Source: Callorhinchus milii
Taxonomy: Eukaryota
Direction: 5' to 3'
Assembly: GCF_018977255.1 (NCBI RefSeq)
Contig: NW_024704742.1
Location: 28,274,001 to 28,338,000 of the forward strand
DNA length: 64,000 nt
The notes under the pieces are model-generated. The model was not told the origin of the DNA. It ran no database searches and was given only the letters and a program-made list of their open reading frames with translations. This document shows positions 37,401-50,985 of the stretch, one piece after another. Made by a program: the position numbers and the translations under genes. The first letter of the stretch is position 1. Every line of letters starts with the position of its first letter.

Positions 37401-38102
37401 AAACTTAAATTTAAGTTCTACAATTTATGGAAAAATACGAATTCTCAGATTTAATTTCTTTCTGACTAATTCCTGAAGTGAATGTGACATTTTGATATAT
37501 TTAATTATCAGTGTCTCAACAAACTACATTGTCAATCTGTTGACAACCAGCTTGATGTGATTTCTCCTCAAATATGTTTCCATTAGGGTAAGTAGTCTGT
37601 GATTATACTGTAAATATTGTAGGCCTGAAAGCGTGACCTTTAAGAGATTAAGTGATAACCTGTGGTGATCCCGAGTGAATCGGGTTATAAATGGTTTCTT
37701 GGCTGATTAAATACTGAGGCTGTGGGAGCTGTTTTTGTCAAACACAGTCAACTTCAGTGTTATATTATTGCTTTTCCATAGTGTAACTTTTTTAAATGAA
37801 GTATTAAGATTAATATTGAAAATATTTACAAAACTGATGCAGACAAAGAGTAAAAATTGCATTTACTGAGTAGCAGAATTTTGAAATGGTTTTGTATAAA
37901 TGTGAGAGGAACTATTTCTCTCTCTAGTATTAAGAACAATCATAGAGGGTATTGGGTGTGGATCTGAGCAAGACAATTAATATCCCAAAGATGGGCAGAA
38001 TAGACAGCTCAATCAGTGAGTAACTTTGCATATTCTTTTTCTATCATTATCAGCCTTGACAGAAGATGACTTAGAGGGTACCTGATAGACATGTGTAAGA
38101 GG

Positions 38103-38500
38103 TGTGGAGTCCCTGTACCATATTATTTAGAGTACTCGCCTCACAAGCGAGAGGACCTGGGTTTGATTCCTGGCATGGTGAAATTTTGGCAAGTTTCCTT
38201 ATTCCACACACCTCTATTTAGATTGCAGTAAATTGGAAACCAGTTGTTAGACGATTGGCAGATCCCTTTTCCCTTTATTTGTTTAATAATCCCTTCAAAA
38301 ATAAATAAATAAATACAAAATAATAATTTGGTCACTCAATCCACGACTGTTTGTGAGACACTGCTATGCACAATTGGCTGCCACGTTTTGCTCACAAAAT
38401 ATATAGTCAATTCACTTTTCAGTATACTCTATGAACTGTTTTGAAATGTCTCGAAGATGTAATAAGACTCTATATGAAATGCAAGGATTATTATTATTGT
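38103..38500 (+). mobile_element. CORE-type SINE, long form
   Basis: TGTGGAGTCCCTGTA head; CCTCTATTTAGATTGCAGTAAATTGG CORE segment; tail. Confidence 0.9.
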
Positions 38501-38614
38501 TACATTTTAAATGGGATTGAAAGAGTAAACCCAGATCAATCCTTTAGGATGCACCAAGACAGTAGAACAAGATGACATATGTTTAGATATATTTAAAGGA
38601 CTATTACAATACAG

Positions 38615-38938
38615 ATAATAATAATAATAATAATAATCCTTGAATTTCATATAGGCTTTTCATGTCTTCTCGACGTCTCAAAGCACTTCACAGAATAGAC
38701 TGTAAAGTGAATTGACCGTATATTTGTGGGCGAAACACGGCAGCCAATTGTGCACAGCAGTGTCCCACAAACAGTTGTGGATTGAAAATGACTAATTTAT
38801 TATTGTTTTGTTTTGGAGGGATTATTATTAGGCATGTGGAGTAAGGAAACTTGTCCAAGGTTTCGCCCTGCCTGGAATTGAACCCAGGTGTCTCGCTTGC
38901 AAGGCGAGCGCTCTAACCACTGATGTACAGGACTCCAC
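38615..38938 (-). mobile_element. CORE-type SINE, short form
   Basis: Lacks the ~63-bp CORE segment; GAT at both junctions. Confidence 0.93.
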
Positions 38939-39574
38939 GATACCAAGAAGTGTTTCCTTACACTAAGGGTAATCGTCAAATGGGATTATATGCCAGGAAG
39001 GTGGTTGAGGCCAACATACTGGATTTGTTTTAAAAGCAGCTTGATGCTGTAATGGGCAGATATTAGGGTGGATGGTCTGGAGGGATAGGATGGGATCAGA
39101 TGGACTGAAGACCTTCTTCATTCAAATCAATCTTGCGATCTTGTGATGTTCAATATGTAAATAAAATAATATTAATAACAGATCTTAAAAGTAATAAAAT
39201 CACAAAAACGGTAGACCGTCGACAGAAGTAAAGAGACTTGTTCCTTGTCAGTTGAACCAATTACACATATTTTCATCTCACACAGTGGTGAGAGCACAAT
39301 ATTATATTTTCACATTAATAAAGCTACTGTAATATGAAGGACTACTTAATTACTGTAATAATGGAATATTTTATACACTGGACTCCATTAACCCCTGCTC
39401 ACTGAAGTAAGTAACTACAAATAGAACTGAAAGTAAAAGTGATGTTTTTATAAATGGGTTGTGTCAAAGTCGCAGTGGGTGAGAGAAAGGAGGAGATGTT
39501 CAGAGATGAGTGATTGATCCTGCAATGTTAGCTCAATTACCTTAACCTCCAGATGTCCCTTACGGCTACAATTT

Positions 39575-39680
39575 ATAGAGTCACTACACTTCACACTGTA
39601 CCATGTGAAGTACTTTTGAGACATCTTCCTGACATGACGCTATTTGAAATGTAAAGATTATCATTATTATTGTTATTGTT
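39575..39680 (+). mobile_element. SINE tail fragment
   Basis: GTCACTACACTTCACA...GAGACATCTTCCTGACATG. Confidence 0.7.
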
Positions 39681-40209
39681 GCCTGCATGGAAACCCTTCA
39701 ACCTTTCCGCTCAATCCAATCTTTACTGAGTAACCTGTATCCTTGTAACTTGTGTTCACTTGAAACTGGTCGGTAATTATCAACCGAAACATCATGTTTC
39801 ACAACCTTGAAAGGTTTGAACAGCGCTAAATAGTCATTCAGGACCAATTCAGGGCACTAGGCTCTTGTCACAGCCCCAATGAACACTTCTCCTGCTACGG
39901 TCTCCATGGGTATCAAGACAGGGTCTAATTTGAGATGTTCACTGATTGGATTTGATGCACTAATTGCAACTTCTAGTTGCGAATATTGAACAACATTCAG
40001 ATTGTGATACTTGCAAAAGGGCAGTTTGGGGAAAAGGGGCCAGAAAGCAAAGAAGCCTCATGGTGTTTTGCTCAGAAGATTTATCCTTGCACTTTACGTT
40101 TCCCCCTTGCAGGAATCACAAACAGCTATTTTGTGTACCTCCTAAATGATATCACCATGTCAGAAAGGTCGACAGTTATCGAGGTGTACATCTGAGGAAT
40201 TTAAAAAAG

Positions 40210-40430
40210 TATTTGCATTTGATATAGCACCTCAAAGTGCTTCATTTTATTGATTTTCCTGTAAAATGTACTGACTATATTTTCTAGACAAATGCGGAAA
40301 ACTATTTACAATGTCTGCTAAACAGCCATCAGATTGTTGGCCAGGAGACCAGGAGTAACTTCTTTCCCTTTTCACATAGTAACATGGGATCTTTAATGTA
40401 ACCTGACCAGGAAGACTGAGCAGGTTGAAA
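40210..40430 (-). mobile_element. Old Deu-domain SINE fragment
   Basis: TTGCATTTGATATAGCACC...TTGTTGGCCAGGAGACCAGG...CATGGGATCTTTAATG. Confidence 0.7.
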
Positions 40431-41699
40431 TTTATCTGTGCTAATTGTGATGGACAGATTGTTTGTTATATTACTGGAACTACTACTGCTGGCAAAGGTG
40501 TCTATTTACAATGTAATTTGAAATGATCACTCCTCTGTGTGGATACATGTGTGCTGGGAGTAGGAGTATTTTAGATTGCTGAGAACAAAGATTTTCTTCA
40601 TGGGTGTTTTAAGCCCCCCCAAAAAATGCATTAAGCCCACTGAGAGCGTAGATCAGTATGGCACTCCCAGACAACTGAATAAGTAAACAAGATAAGACAT
40701 TATGCTGGCGTTTCATTTGGGAATGTCGACTTGCTTTAAACTCGTGGGACTGAGCATTCTATCAGCCAGCTTTGTTCAATACGAGATCACAGAGACAATC
40801 CCAATTGCTCGAAAATAAGGTCTTATCTCAGAGCTTACCTAATACTGTGAGTTCAGATGAAGGCATGTGGAATCCAAATAGAGAATCTCAGGGTGCCAAA
40901 TCACTTCCTATTCACTCTCGATGTTTGAAGTTCCTAATTCAGGTACTTCACTCTGTCTCCAGTGTTCAGGTTTTTGTGCTATGGACCTTTGACTATTGTC
41001 AGCTCTTGTGATCTTTCCAATGTTAACAGCTGCCTGTAAAAGATCCTACGTTGCACAATAATAGTCTCCTTGTTTTATTTGAAATTAGTTACAGTACAAG
41101 TTTTTAAATAGGTAAGGTTACAAATCAGTACTTTTGTTAAAAGCAGCTATGAGGAATCGTAATCCAAGCATAGGCCTGATCCAAGTTGAACATTTCTTGG
41201 CAAATTAGTTTTGCATTTATCAAAATTCAGCTGTGTCCCAAGCTGTTACTTTAATTGAATTCCATTGTTGGTAAGGGCACTGATCTCCCCTGCTTCCCTC
41301 CTATCGTTTTTAGTGCCAAGATGTAGTCAGTTCCATAGATTAATTGGATTTGACTTATGATAACAACCTCAATGATAAATGAATCTCTGGTGCAATTCAT
41401 CTGTGGCCCTATTCAAAGACAGAGTGGAACTTCCTTAACAGATACAAATAACATGGGCACTTCATTGTTCTTGTTTTGCTGGTAAGAGTAATTACATCTT
41501 AAATGGAAGGTCTATGTACTTTGTTGGAATAAAATTAAGGAGATAGACATCCTGGGAGTTAAGGTGGTGCAACAAACTGTTTAGATCCCAACCAGAAGGT
41601 TATGTGCTCCTGTTCAAAACATGCCTGATCTCATCCAGTTTCTCTTTCCAGGGTTCTCATATCACAAGCTTAACTTGAACTATTTTGGTAGCATGCTCA

Positions 41700-42200
41700 T
41701 GCTCACCAGACGATTGTTGGTTCCAGCCCTATATTGGGTCTTCCAGTCCAGGCTGGTACTCAATTTCAGTGCTGGTGGAGTACTGCATTGCTGGAAGAAC
41801 CATCCTTGTAATGAAATGTTACACTGAGGTCTGGTCTGCCTGTTCAAATTATTAATAATAATAATAATCCTAGCATTTGTTGAAGCGACTTATCACATTT
41901 TCGAGACCTCTCAAATGCTTCACAGGATATACTGTAAAGTGGAATGATTGTACATTTTGTGGGCAAAAGGCAGCAGCCAATTGCGCACAACAATTAATGA
42001 TAAATTAATGATAAAGGCCAGATGATATTATTTGAAAAAGAGGAAGTTTCTACCAGTGTTATTGATCATTCAGTTTATTGCTCTTTGTGAGGCAATGCTA
42101 TGTGCAAATTGGCTGATGCTTTTGCTCACAACTACAGCCATTGCATTCAATAGCCATTATTTGTGAAGTGCTTTGCAATGTTTTGACATAATAGATCCTA
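41700..42200 (+). mobile_element. Old Deu-domain SINE split by an antisense SINE tail (41851-41995)
   Basis: GGAGTACTGCATTGCTGG...TGAGGTCTGGTCTGCCTGTTCA; resumes TTTGAAAAAGAGGAAGTTTC...GCAAATTGGCTG. Confidence 0.7.
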
Positions 42201-43976
42201 TACGATTCTATACCAGGATGTTTCTATTTTACTCCTATATTTGTAATAGCTGTAGCATGTAACGTACACTCACATGGCTTCTGCTTATTCTCTTTCATTT
42301 TTCACTGTTCTTCACATCAATGCTATTTTTTTTGGCTCTAGGTTTTTGTGGATTCTGTGTTTTTTTTTAATGGCACTTTTAATGAAGAATCTTGTTAGAA
42401 TTTCCACCCATCTGTGGGAATTTGGTTCTGGAAGGAGATCAGGTCAGAACAGAGATCCTATATAGATAATAAAAAGTGCTTCTTGTTACCACAATGAGTC
42501 CCGGTTTGGGTTATTCAGATTCTTATTAGGAAATAACACAAACAGTGGACACTATTATACATTATTGAATGGCCCCTCAATATAATCTGATACTTAACAA
42601 CGACAATTTTTATTTTATACAGCATTCTTCAAACAGGATAGCACAAAGGAGCACTACATACCATCCTTTCTCTAACATCTGCCATGTGCTAATATGAGTG
42701 AAACTATAACAGCCTCAACCACAGGCAGAAGTTTGCCAACTTCTAAATGTTACTAATCTTGTGAGCATCACACATAGATAGGAAACAACTGGGTAAAACT
42801 TGCAGTGTACCAGCAAAGCAACAACAAGAATCTATCTTCAATGCTTCCACATAGTTTCTTTATAATTTAATGTTTGATCTTCAGAAAAGCCTGACCCTGA
42901 CAATTTTTTTGTTTCTGTGCAGGACTTTGCAATATTTCCTCTGTAGAAAAGTGGCTGCACTCAGCAGCTTACAGTAATATACTGAGCGTAACCAGGTCTG
43001 TGTCCTTTAGTTCTTTAACCTACTATTTATTCCACAAGGGACAACGGCCAAATACTTCATGAGTACTTTGGTTGCTGGTGAATGATAGAGATCATATTCC
43101 CAAGCGAAATAAATTTCAGATCAAATGACATGGTCAGGGACATTCCACTTTATTTGAATTGGTGAAATGAAATGATCATAGTGCAGCAAATAATGTAATG
43201 GTTTCCTTCCATACGATTAGCAAATGATTGAGTGCAGCCCAGAAAGACTGATAGGCACTATAAGTTATCAAGTGAAAACACGACTGTGTCAATAATACAA
43301 AGAGTATGTTCATGGGTTCGGAAAATGTATGACTACTTCGCTAGATCTGTCCTCAATACCTCAACAAATATATTCAATTGTAAGCTGGGGTCAGTCAAAC
43401 TCCCTTCCTCATTTAGAGGAATTGCAAAGCTAATAAGGCCTTGTATGAAAACATTTCTTAGATTGCTAAGTGGGAGTAAAAGGTAATGCCTCATCTCCAA
43501 ATTCTTTTGCTCAAAGAGATACTCACAGATTCATCTGTGTGTCTGGATGTATGAATATGGATGATCTTGATCACTCAGAATTTTTTTGAATGTGAAAGAG
43601 ATGTGAATGTGATGCTTAGTAATGTACCTAGAATTCTGTCTATTCTCTCTCCAGCTGTAACAGAAATAAAAGTACTTGCTAGATTTTGACCACATTACAT
43701 CTGTTCTGTTCAGTTGGAGAAAATGTAGAGACATTTTCCTCCCTTTTTCAACCTTTTCAACATTCATTTAAGAAGAAAGTAACGCAACCTTCTATCTGTG
43801 TCAGCCTCTCCCAACTTCGACTGGGCTTGACACCTGACCTTTCCTTGAACAACTCCTCTCTCCCCTCTGATATAAAGCTTATGAATGCTTTCCACTGAGT
43901 GATCTTTTAAGTTTCTGCTTGTGGTTTTGTTATATAATTTATGCCTTCCATTTGTTACATTAATTTACCTTGTAAA

Positions 43977-44623
43977 CAACAACAACAAAATTACATTTGT
44001 ATAGCACCTTTCCCTTTGGGAGGAAGTGCTTGACAACCAGTGTTTCGGACCCGAGCTGGGGGTTGGAATCGGGGCCGATGGAGGGCAGGAGGCGAAGGAC
44101 GATGATCAAAGGCACGTCAAAGAGGAGGGTCTTGAGATGGGTCCGGAAGTATTCAAGGGAGGGGCCAAGGCAGAGGGACTACATGATGGAGTTCCAGAAG
44201 CTGGGGCCAGAGTGTTTGAAGACCCAGAGGCCGCTGAGCAGAGGGAGCAGGCAGGTTGGTTTGGAGATCGCAGAGTTAGGGGGAATCACAGCCATGGAGG
44301 GCTTTGAAGATGAGGACCAGGATCTTGGAACTGTATCTTCTGTGTGATGGGAAGCCAGTGGAGTTGGGCAAGGATGGGGCAGTTAGGGTCACGGAACTTG
44401 TTGTGGGAGAGGACATGGGCTGCAGAGTTCCGGATGATCTGCAGCCTATGGTGGGAGGAGTTGGGGAGGCCGACAAGCAAGGAGTTTGCAGTCAATCCCG
44501 GATGTTATGAATGCTTGTATGATGGTTTTGGTGGCCTGTGGCACGAGACAGTGGGGAAGCCAGGCGATGTTGCGGAGGTGGGGGGAGGCAGAGCGGGTCA
44601 TGGCATGGATGTGGGGTAGAAAG
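43977..44623 (-). mobile_element. L2 3' fragment
   Basis: NSLLVGLP...LQIIRNSAAHVL...LHWLP; KILVLIFKALHG; (TTG)n. Confidence 0.9.
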
Positions 44624-45164
44624 GATGTGAAACATCAATAGAAGTTGTGTAATCCCTAGATTTGACCTCACCTTACCCTACCTCTACAACCTCTTTCAAC
44701 CTTCCTGACCTGGCCTTTGATGACTCATAGGATTACCTTTTCCTTCCCCATTACTCGGCTCCCAGTCCTGAGCTCAGGATACCCATCCAACCCTGTGAAG
44801 AGATTTGAGGCATCCTACCAATATGAAAGCCACAGTATGAATGTAAATTGTATTGTGTTGTAATTATATTTATAAATATTGGGGTTTGAGAGGTTACATT
44901 CCTTGGGATTGTGACTTTATGAAAATCGATTCCCATTATGCCATACAAAAATGACGTGAGGTTCATTTTGAAACTGTGCAGCAGGTATTGGATTTCAGCA
45001 ACTCACAAATCCCAGCGATCTTGCTTCCCTAAGCTACAATCTTCAAATCAGATTTTTTCCAAGCACACAATCCAAATCCATATGATTTTGACCAATTGTC
45101 TGATTTTCACCAACAGTTTATTTTCGTCAAATTGGGAAAAAAAGGATTTTCATTTCCAGTTCAC

Positions 45165-45429
45165 TTGGATGACTTTGTATTTTGTGGGCGAAACACGGCA
45201 GACATTTGCACACAGCAGTGTCCCACAAACAGTCGTGGATTGAGTGACCAAATTTTCTTTTGAGGGATTATTACCGAACAGCCAATCGACTAACTTTCTA
45301 CTGATCATTTGGTAAACAGAGGCATGTGGGATAGGGAAACTTGCCTAAGAATTCACTCCACCCAGGAATCGAATCCGAGTCCTCTCACTTGCAAGCCAAT
45401 CGTGCTAACCACTACATACAGGATTCCAC
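45165..45429 (-). mobile_element. CORE-type SINE, long form, tail missing
   Basis: GGTAAACAGAGGCATGTGG...GAAACTTGCC...ACAGGATTCCAC. Confidence 0.85.
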
Positions 45430-46267
45430 TTAGCTATGGGTCTAAATAAGTATGTCCTATTTACAATTGTTGTGCCCAAATCCATCAGTGATTACCCTTG
45501 GACTTGGTGTCCAGTGAATCGCAATATTAGAGTGCTATATAGTGATGGTGAACTCAGCAAAATACTGATATCCCACAACTGGCAAGTTTGTTGGCTCACC
45601 GGTGATGATTACTGCAGCACGTATTGCAAATTCTACCCCAAGGTTACAATTTCCATAATTTTTGCATATGAGCCAACACTAGGGGACTAGTTTGTGCATT
45701 CTCAGTATCAAACCCAAATACTGTATCATCAGGAAGCATGATTTATTTGAAGCACTAAAAGAAATTAGCTGAATAACCTCGCAGGTCATTGTTTTCAAGT
45801 CACACAGGAGAACTGGGATCTTTAGGTATCTTACAAGAAAATGCACTCTGTGGCAATTCCAGTAAGATCTTCCATCTGCTTTAACATAAAGGGTTAGTGA
45901 TAAACTACACCCTACAGAAACCCCTACCCCTCACCTATTACATTTGTTTCCTTTACAACATATTTTCTTCTACTTCTCAGGATTGATTTTGTCAATGAAT
46001 GGGTCAAGACATTTGGCATTCCATGGTAGTTGAGAAAGCGTCTTACTCCTATATATGCTTTCATGACATTAGGGCACCTCCTCTACTATTGACTGGATAT
46101 TACTTTCCATAAACCTTAGCCTCCTCAGTCTCCCATTCTCGTCAGCTACACTTGGTCTTCCCTTCTGAGAGCAGTAAAAACACTCAGCACGTAAACCAAT
46201 GGTGTGCACAGGGGCACAACTGCAGCATTGGGCGTTCTTCGCTGTTTTCTGCTCAGCTACCACTAAA

Positions 46268-46365
46268 AATAATCCTTACATTTGTTTTAGCACCTTTCAA
46301 GTCGAGAGGATATCTCAAAGCACTTCACTGGATTTCCTATAAAGCACAGTGGCTGTGTATCTGCA
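46268..46365 (-). mobile_element. SINE tail fragment
   Basis: AATAATCCTTACATTTG...GGATATCTCAAAGCACTTCAC. Confidence 0.7.
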
Positions 46366-48359
46366 GGCACTAGTTCAAGTTCCGCCCATTATGAACTGAA
46401 TGTCAGTATAAATACTATAAAAGCAGGGGGAATCAATGTTACAGAGCGAGGTGAGTTACAAATCTCATGAATCAAACCATCGGAACAATTGTGTATGTTT
46501 GACATTGGTCCATATATCCAACACTTTGATCCATTGATAATTGAGGGCTGTTTGACCACAGTGCAGAATTGGTTATACCCACACTTCAGTTGGCAATGAA
46601 CAGAGAAAAATAAATATGGTTGTAGTTACAAATCTGAGTCAATAGGAATTTATATGGTGCAGCACTGAGCATATTTGAGCTTTTGTGTCTTGTGATATCA
46701 GGTGAGTCTCAAACACTACTGGGATTTCTTGCAGAAAGCCGGGTATAAATCCCTGTGAATCTATTGTGTTTTTAGTTTGTGTGACTGACTGGGTGATATT
46801 ACAATGCAGTGCAGCTACTGAGGAAAGGAAGCACTGGGTTAATAGGGAACAGAAGTCAGTGTTTATTACTGAGACAAATCCAACTTTTGGCTCAAAAATA
46901 TTTTACACCATTGAAACCACTGACAAACCGCTGTGTTGCCTACTACTTTTATTTGAAGTTGGGGGAGAAATATATTGTAAGAAGCTTAATGCAGGCTGTG
47001 AAGGAAAAAAAACATGCTGATCAGAGATACAGCCAGAATCTAAATGAACATGAATTAGTATTGTATCGCAGAATAAGACAGAAAATTTAGTTACGAGTTT
47101 TGCATTTTTATAAGTATGTTTTACAATCAAAGTAAATGTCAAGTTATCCAGAATTCTATAATACTTTTAGTATTTTCAAATCATTTTAAATGTGTTTGAG
47201 TTTGTATTTGTGTTCTTCCCTGCCTGAACACGTCTCATGGATTTATAAATATTTAGTGAATACCAGTATTATATAAACATATAGTGAATTGTTTTGTGTA
47301 ATTCATTGTCTCAAATAACCCGACATTTCCCATCACGTGGAATATTCATTTATTGAAGATGGCCATGGCATCAAATAGACAGCCTTCCATCAACACCATT
47401 AAAGGTATCAAAAATGTACTCAATTATTATAAATAATGTTGAAGGTCTGTCAGTGAATATAAGATGGGAATGTAATCTTAGGGGTCAGATGACAAGCACA
47501 TACTGAACAACTACCTGAGCTAAGCCCCCTTCGATTGAATTACTGTCAGCTATTCACTATCGTTTTTATATTGTACTATTTATATTTATCAATAATTTGC
47601 TGACAAAAACAGCTTGTAATATTTCAGCATCTGCCAAGTGATGCACATGTACTCCTCATGTTCAACATCACAAGCAGCGTTATTACTCTTTCACCTCTAT
47701 CATGCTGCCTGCACCGCGTATCTGTGCTCAGTGGGCCTGTTGTGAAGCAGCAAGAAATGTAGAAAATAAAACTTTAAGCGGAAGAAAGAAAACTACACAG
47801 TACATAGTCAACAGCTGGAGGGGAGCTCAAGGCTGTAACTCAAAAGGGCGATTTTGTTAATGCTTAAAAAAATGCTTTTAAGCCTCTCAAACATTGCAAT
47901 TTTTAAATCATTGCTGGTTATGTCATCCATTTTACAGTATCTATTACTGTGCATATCCAACATCACTGCTGTCCACTTCGTCTTTGTTGTCCTCATTAAT
48001 TTACATATGCCATGCAATTTGTATGCTGTGAACCGCAGTTCAAAGTAAGAAGGTCTATCGCTGGCCAAGCTTGCAATCTGTGAAATTTATGAAGTTATTT
48101 GTCTTAGAGCTAAATTTGTATCGTTTTTTGGAAAACATGACACCCAAGAGATGTTTCATCTTGAAGTGTTTGCAGTTGGGTTGATTTATTTTACTTTTAA
48201 TGGTTGATATAACAAATTGCAAATGGTTTTCACCGTAACGTTCTCTCCTTGAGGCGCACACCAAAAAACCCACTGATGGAAAAGGCATTGACCTATTCAC
48301 GGGAGACTGCCAATGCCTGTGTATAGACAGTCATTGTGAATCATGCAAGGGCTGCTCTT

Positions 48360-49167
48360 GGTGACTTTGGTTTAGCATTCTCGCCTCTGAGTCACATCGG
48401 GACTTTGAGCTCACAGTCTAAGCTGACTCTGCAATGCAGTGTTGGGGGTACTGCCTGGTCAGAGCTGTCATTCCTTCAGATGAGATGTTAAACGGAGACC
48501 CGATCTGCCTGTTCAGTTGGACCTTAAGGATTCCATGGCATTTTTCGAAAGAGAAGGGAGTTTCTCCTGGTGCCTGGCCAGCAATCCCCAAATAAAATTG
48601 GTCATTCGCTTCACGCTGTTTGTAGAACATTGCAGTATGCAAATGGCTGTCGCATTCGCCTACGAATAATAAAAATAGTAATCCTTGCATCTAATATAGT
48701 GCCTTATCACATCTTCAAAGTGTCTCAAAACGTTTCACAGAATATATTGTAAAATGAATTGACTGTATACTTTGTGGGTAAAACACGGCAGCCAATTATG
48801 CACAGCAGTGCCCCACAAACAGTCATGGATAGACTGACCAAATTATTATTATTATTATTTTTGAAGGGATTAATACCTCAGGAACGTGATCGACCAACCG
48901 ACTAACAACTGGTTTCCTACTTACTGCTAGGTAAACAGAGGAGTGTGGAGTAAGAAAACTTGCCTAAGGTTTCGCCCTACCCAGGAATTGAACCCAGGAC
49001 CTATTAGCCCCGAAAAAGCGATCCGCTAATTTACTAACAACTGGGATCCTACTTGCTGCTAGGCAAACAGTGGGGTGTGGTAATATACCATCAATACACT
49101 TCACAGTAACTTGTGTAAAGTGCTTTGTAACATCTCCCAAGATGGAAGGTGCTATCATTATTATCAT
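48360..49167 (+). mobile_element. Deu-domain SINE split by a CORE-type SINE
   Basis: Well-preserved Deu domain CCTTCAGATGAGATGTTAAACGGAGACCCGATCTGCCTGTTCAG...TTCCATGGCA; tail resumes at 49081. Confidence 0.87.
48665..49080 (-). mobile_element. CORE-type SINE, long form, with a second CORE segment in place of its 5' head
   Basis: CTAACAACTGG...TGCTAGG(T/C)AAACAG occurs twice (~48900 and ~49035). Confidence 0.85.
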
Positions 49168-49287
49168 GTACAGAACAAAGTGCTTCTAAATAGCAGAAGT
49201 TTGATATTGAACAAAATTCATTTGTTCTTTTCCAGCATTCTACAAAGTGATTCAATTATTGTTAAAATTACTCTTAAAGATAAAAAG

Positions 49288-49650
49288 AAAGAACTTGCAT
49301 TTTCACAGTGCCTTCTCATGTAAACATATCTCCACGTGGTATACACCGGTAACTACTGTCGAGTATAATGAGTGATTTTTTTTACATAACAAGGTCTTGC
49401 AGACAATCATGGAATGAATAACTAATTCTTTGGGAGAAACTCGCTTCTCTTTTTTGATTAGTTTTACAGAATGTTGATGTCCACCTTAATAGTCAGATGG
49501 GACCTCAATTTAATGTTTCATCTGAAAGACAGCACCACTGACATTGCAGCCCTTCCCTGCACCTGCACTAGTACGTCAGCCTGCACTTAAAGCTCATGTA
49601 ACAATGCAACCATCTGATCCAGAGGCATGATTGGTAATGACTGACACTTT
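49288..49650 (-). mobile_element. Old Deu-domain SINE
   Basis: GATGTCCACC...CAGATGGGACCTCAATTTAATGTTTCATCTGAAAGACAGCACC. Confidence 0.7.
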
Positions 49651-50764
49651 ACAGAACTCTTTAAACGGTGAATGCGATTATTTGAAAAAGCTAGATTTAA
49701 TGTCAGCTTGGATTTATGCCCATTTTACATCATGGGCTTGTCTCCTCCAAGCAACAACAGCTCTGAAGGCAATTTAAAAAGAAAATTGACCAGTGTTCCC
49801 AGTGTTGAATTTGGCAGAATCCTTTTCAGAGTTGTATCTCCCTTGCCATGCCATGCTTCGAGTATGGCACCACTGGCATACTCTTAAGCATGGTGATGGA
49901 TTTCCACTTGGCTGGCGCATATGGAAATCTTTCTCTGTGCTTAAGAGTAGCATAATGAGACTGAGAATTTCACATGTGTATTACACCTACACTTGAAAAA
50001 TTCCCTATGTCTAGAGAGGATTGTGCACTCTTTCCTTGGAGGATTGCACCCTGTCAGGCATAGGTTAGTGAGAAGGCTTGGCTTGGGGACCTCAGATTGT
50101 GTGATTCCATACTGCTGGAGTTTATCCAGCTAAAACTGTGAAGCTTGTCATTTGGAGAACTGTCTTGTAAGCTTACTACTGCTTATGCAGCTTGGATCAC
50201 TCTACTGGTTAGGACCTTGGTTTGCAGGATTAATAGAAGCCAAGTGGGAAGAATCTTTGCCCCAGTGACTGGCTAACCAAGCTGCTATCAGAATTGCCCT
50301 CGAGTACAGCAAAACTCTCCTGCCCTGGAACCAGACAATTCAGACCAACCGCACAGAGGGTTGACTTGATTCTGCCTTTCTACTATCAAGCGTTTCACCT
50401 TGGAGCCAAAGCAGCCTGAGAAGACCCTGCTTTCCACCCTCAAGGAGGACAGTAACTAGCTGGTCTGAACAGAGAACATCTGACTCTGGAATGAAAGGAA
50501 CAGTGCCATTTTACACAACCTTGGACATATAATGTCATCAGGTAAATAACTAACTGATGGCAGATATTCAGACATATCTGAAATTGGACTACTCTTGCAA
50601 TCTTCTCTCAAATAGTTTTAGTGCAACTAAAGGAGAAAACCAGTAGCAAAACCATCTGTAATTGAGGTGCCTAACCTGGCTTGCATCATTTAGCTAGCAG
50701 AGATCATGACAATTGCTGATTAGTACATATGCAAACTTGATGTCACAGAATTACTGATGTAGGT

Positions 50765-50985
50765 ACAGTATATCCTGTGAAGCGTTTTGAGACATCACAA
50801 TGATGTGATAAATGTCAAATGCAAGGATTATTTTTATTATTATGCACAAATTGGCCTACAAATACTGTACACAGTAACTGCACTTTACAACATTTCCTGT
50901 GAAACACTTTAAAATGTTTCAACATGATAAAGTGCTTCATGAAATGAAAGGATTATTATTAGTAGTAGTATCATTATTATTATTG
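50765..50985 (+). mobile_element. Two adjacent SINE 3' fragments
   Basis: Two copies of CCTGTGAA...AAATG(C/A)AAGGATTATT. Confidence 0.75.

Larger units (their letters stand above)
38050..39146 (+). mobile_element. CR1 LINE 3' portion split by two SINEs
   Basis: SL-R-LRG-LIDM-K (38050-38100); GIERVN...SRTR*H (38503-38612); GTGGTTGAGGCC...AAGCAGCTTGAT...AGATGGACTGAAG tail (38939-39146). Confidence 0.8.

Noticed and set aside
38130..38170. Apparent different tRNA origins (CAC versus TGC anticodon-like triplets) among CORE-type SINEs
   Set aside because: The copy at 32219-32596 has CGC; CAC and TGC are the two CpG-deamination products of CGC, so one origin suffices
41617..41680. 5S rRNA-like AACATGCCTGATCTCATC upstream of a Deu domain (AmnSINE1/SINE3-type head)
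   Set aside because: Match is only ~18 nt, needs several substitutions, and does not continue collinearly
50000..50490. GC-richer segment vaguely like an RTE LINE 5' UTR
   Set aside because: No diagnostic motif or adjoining ORF that I can verify
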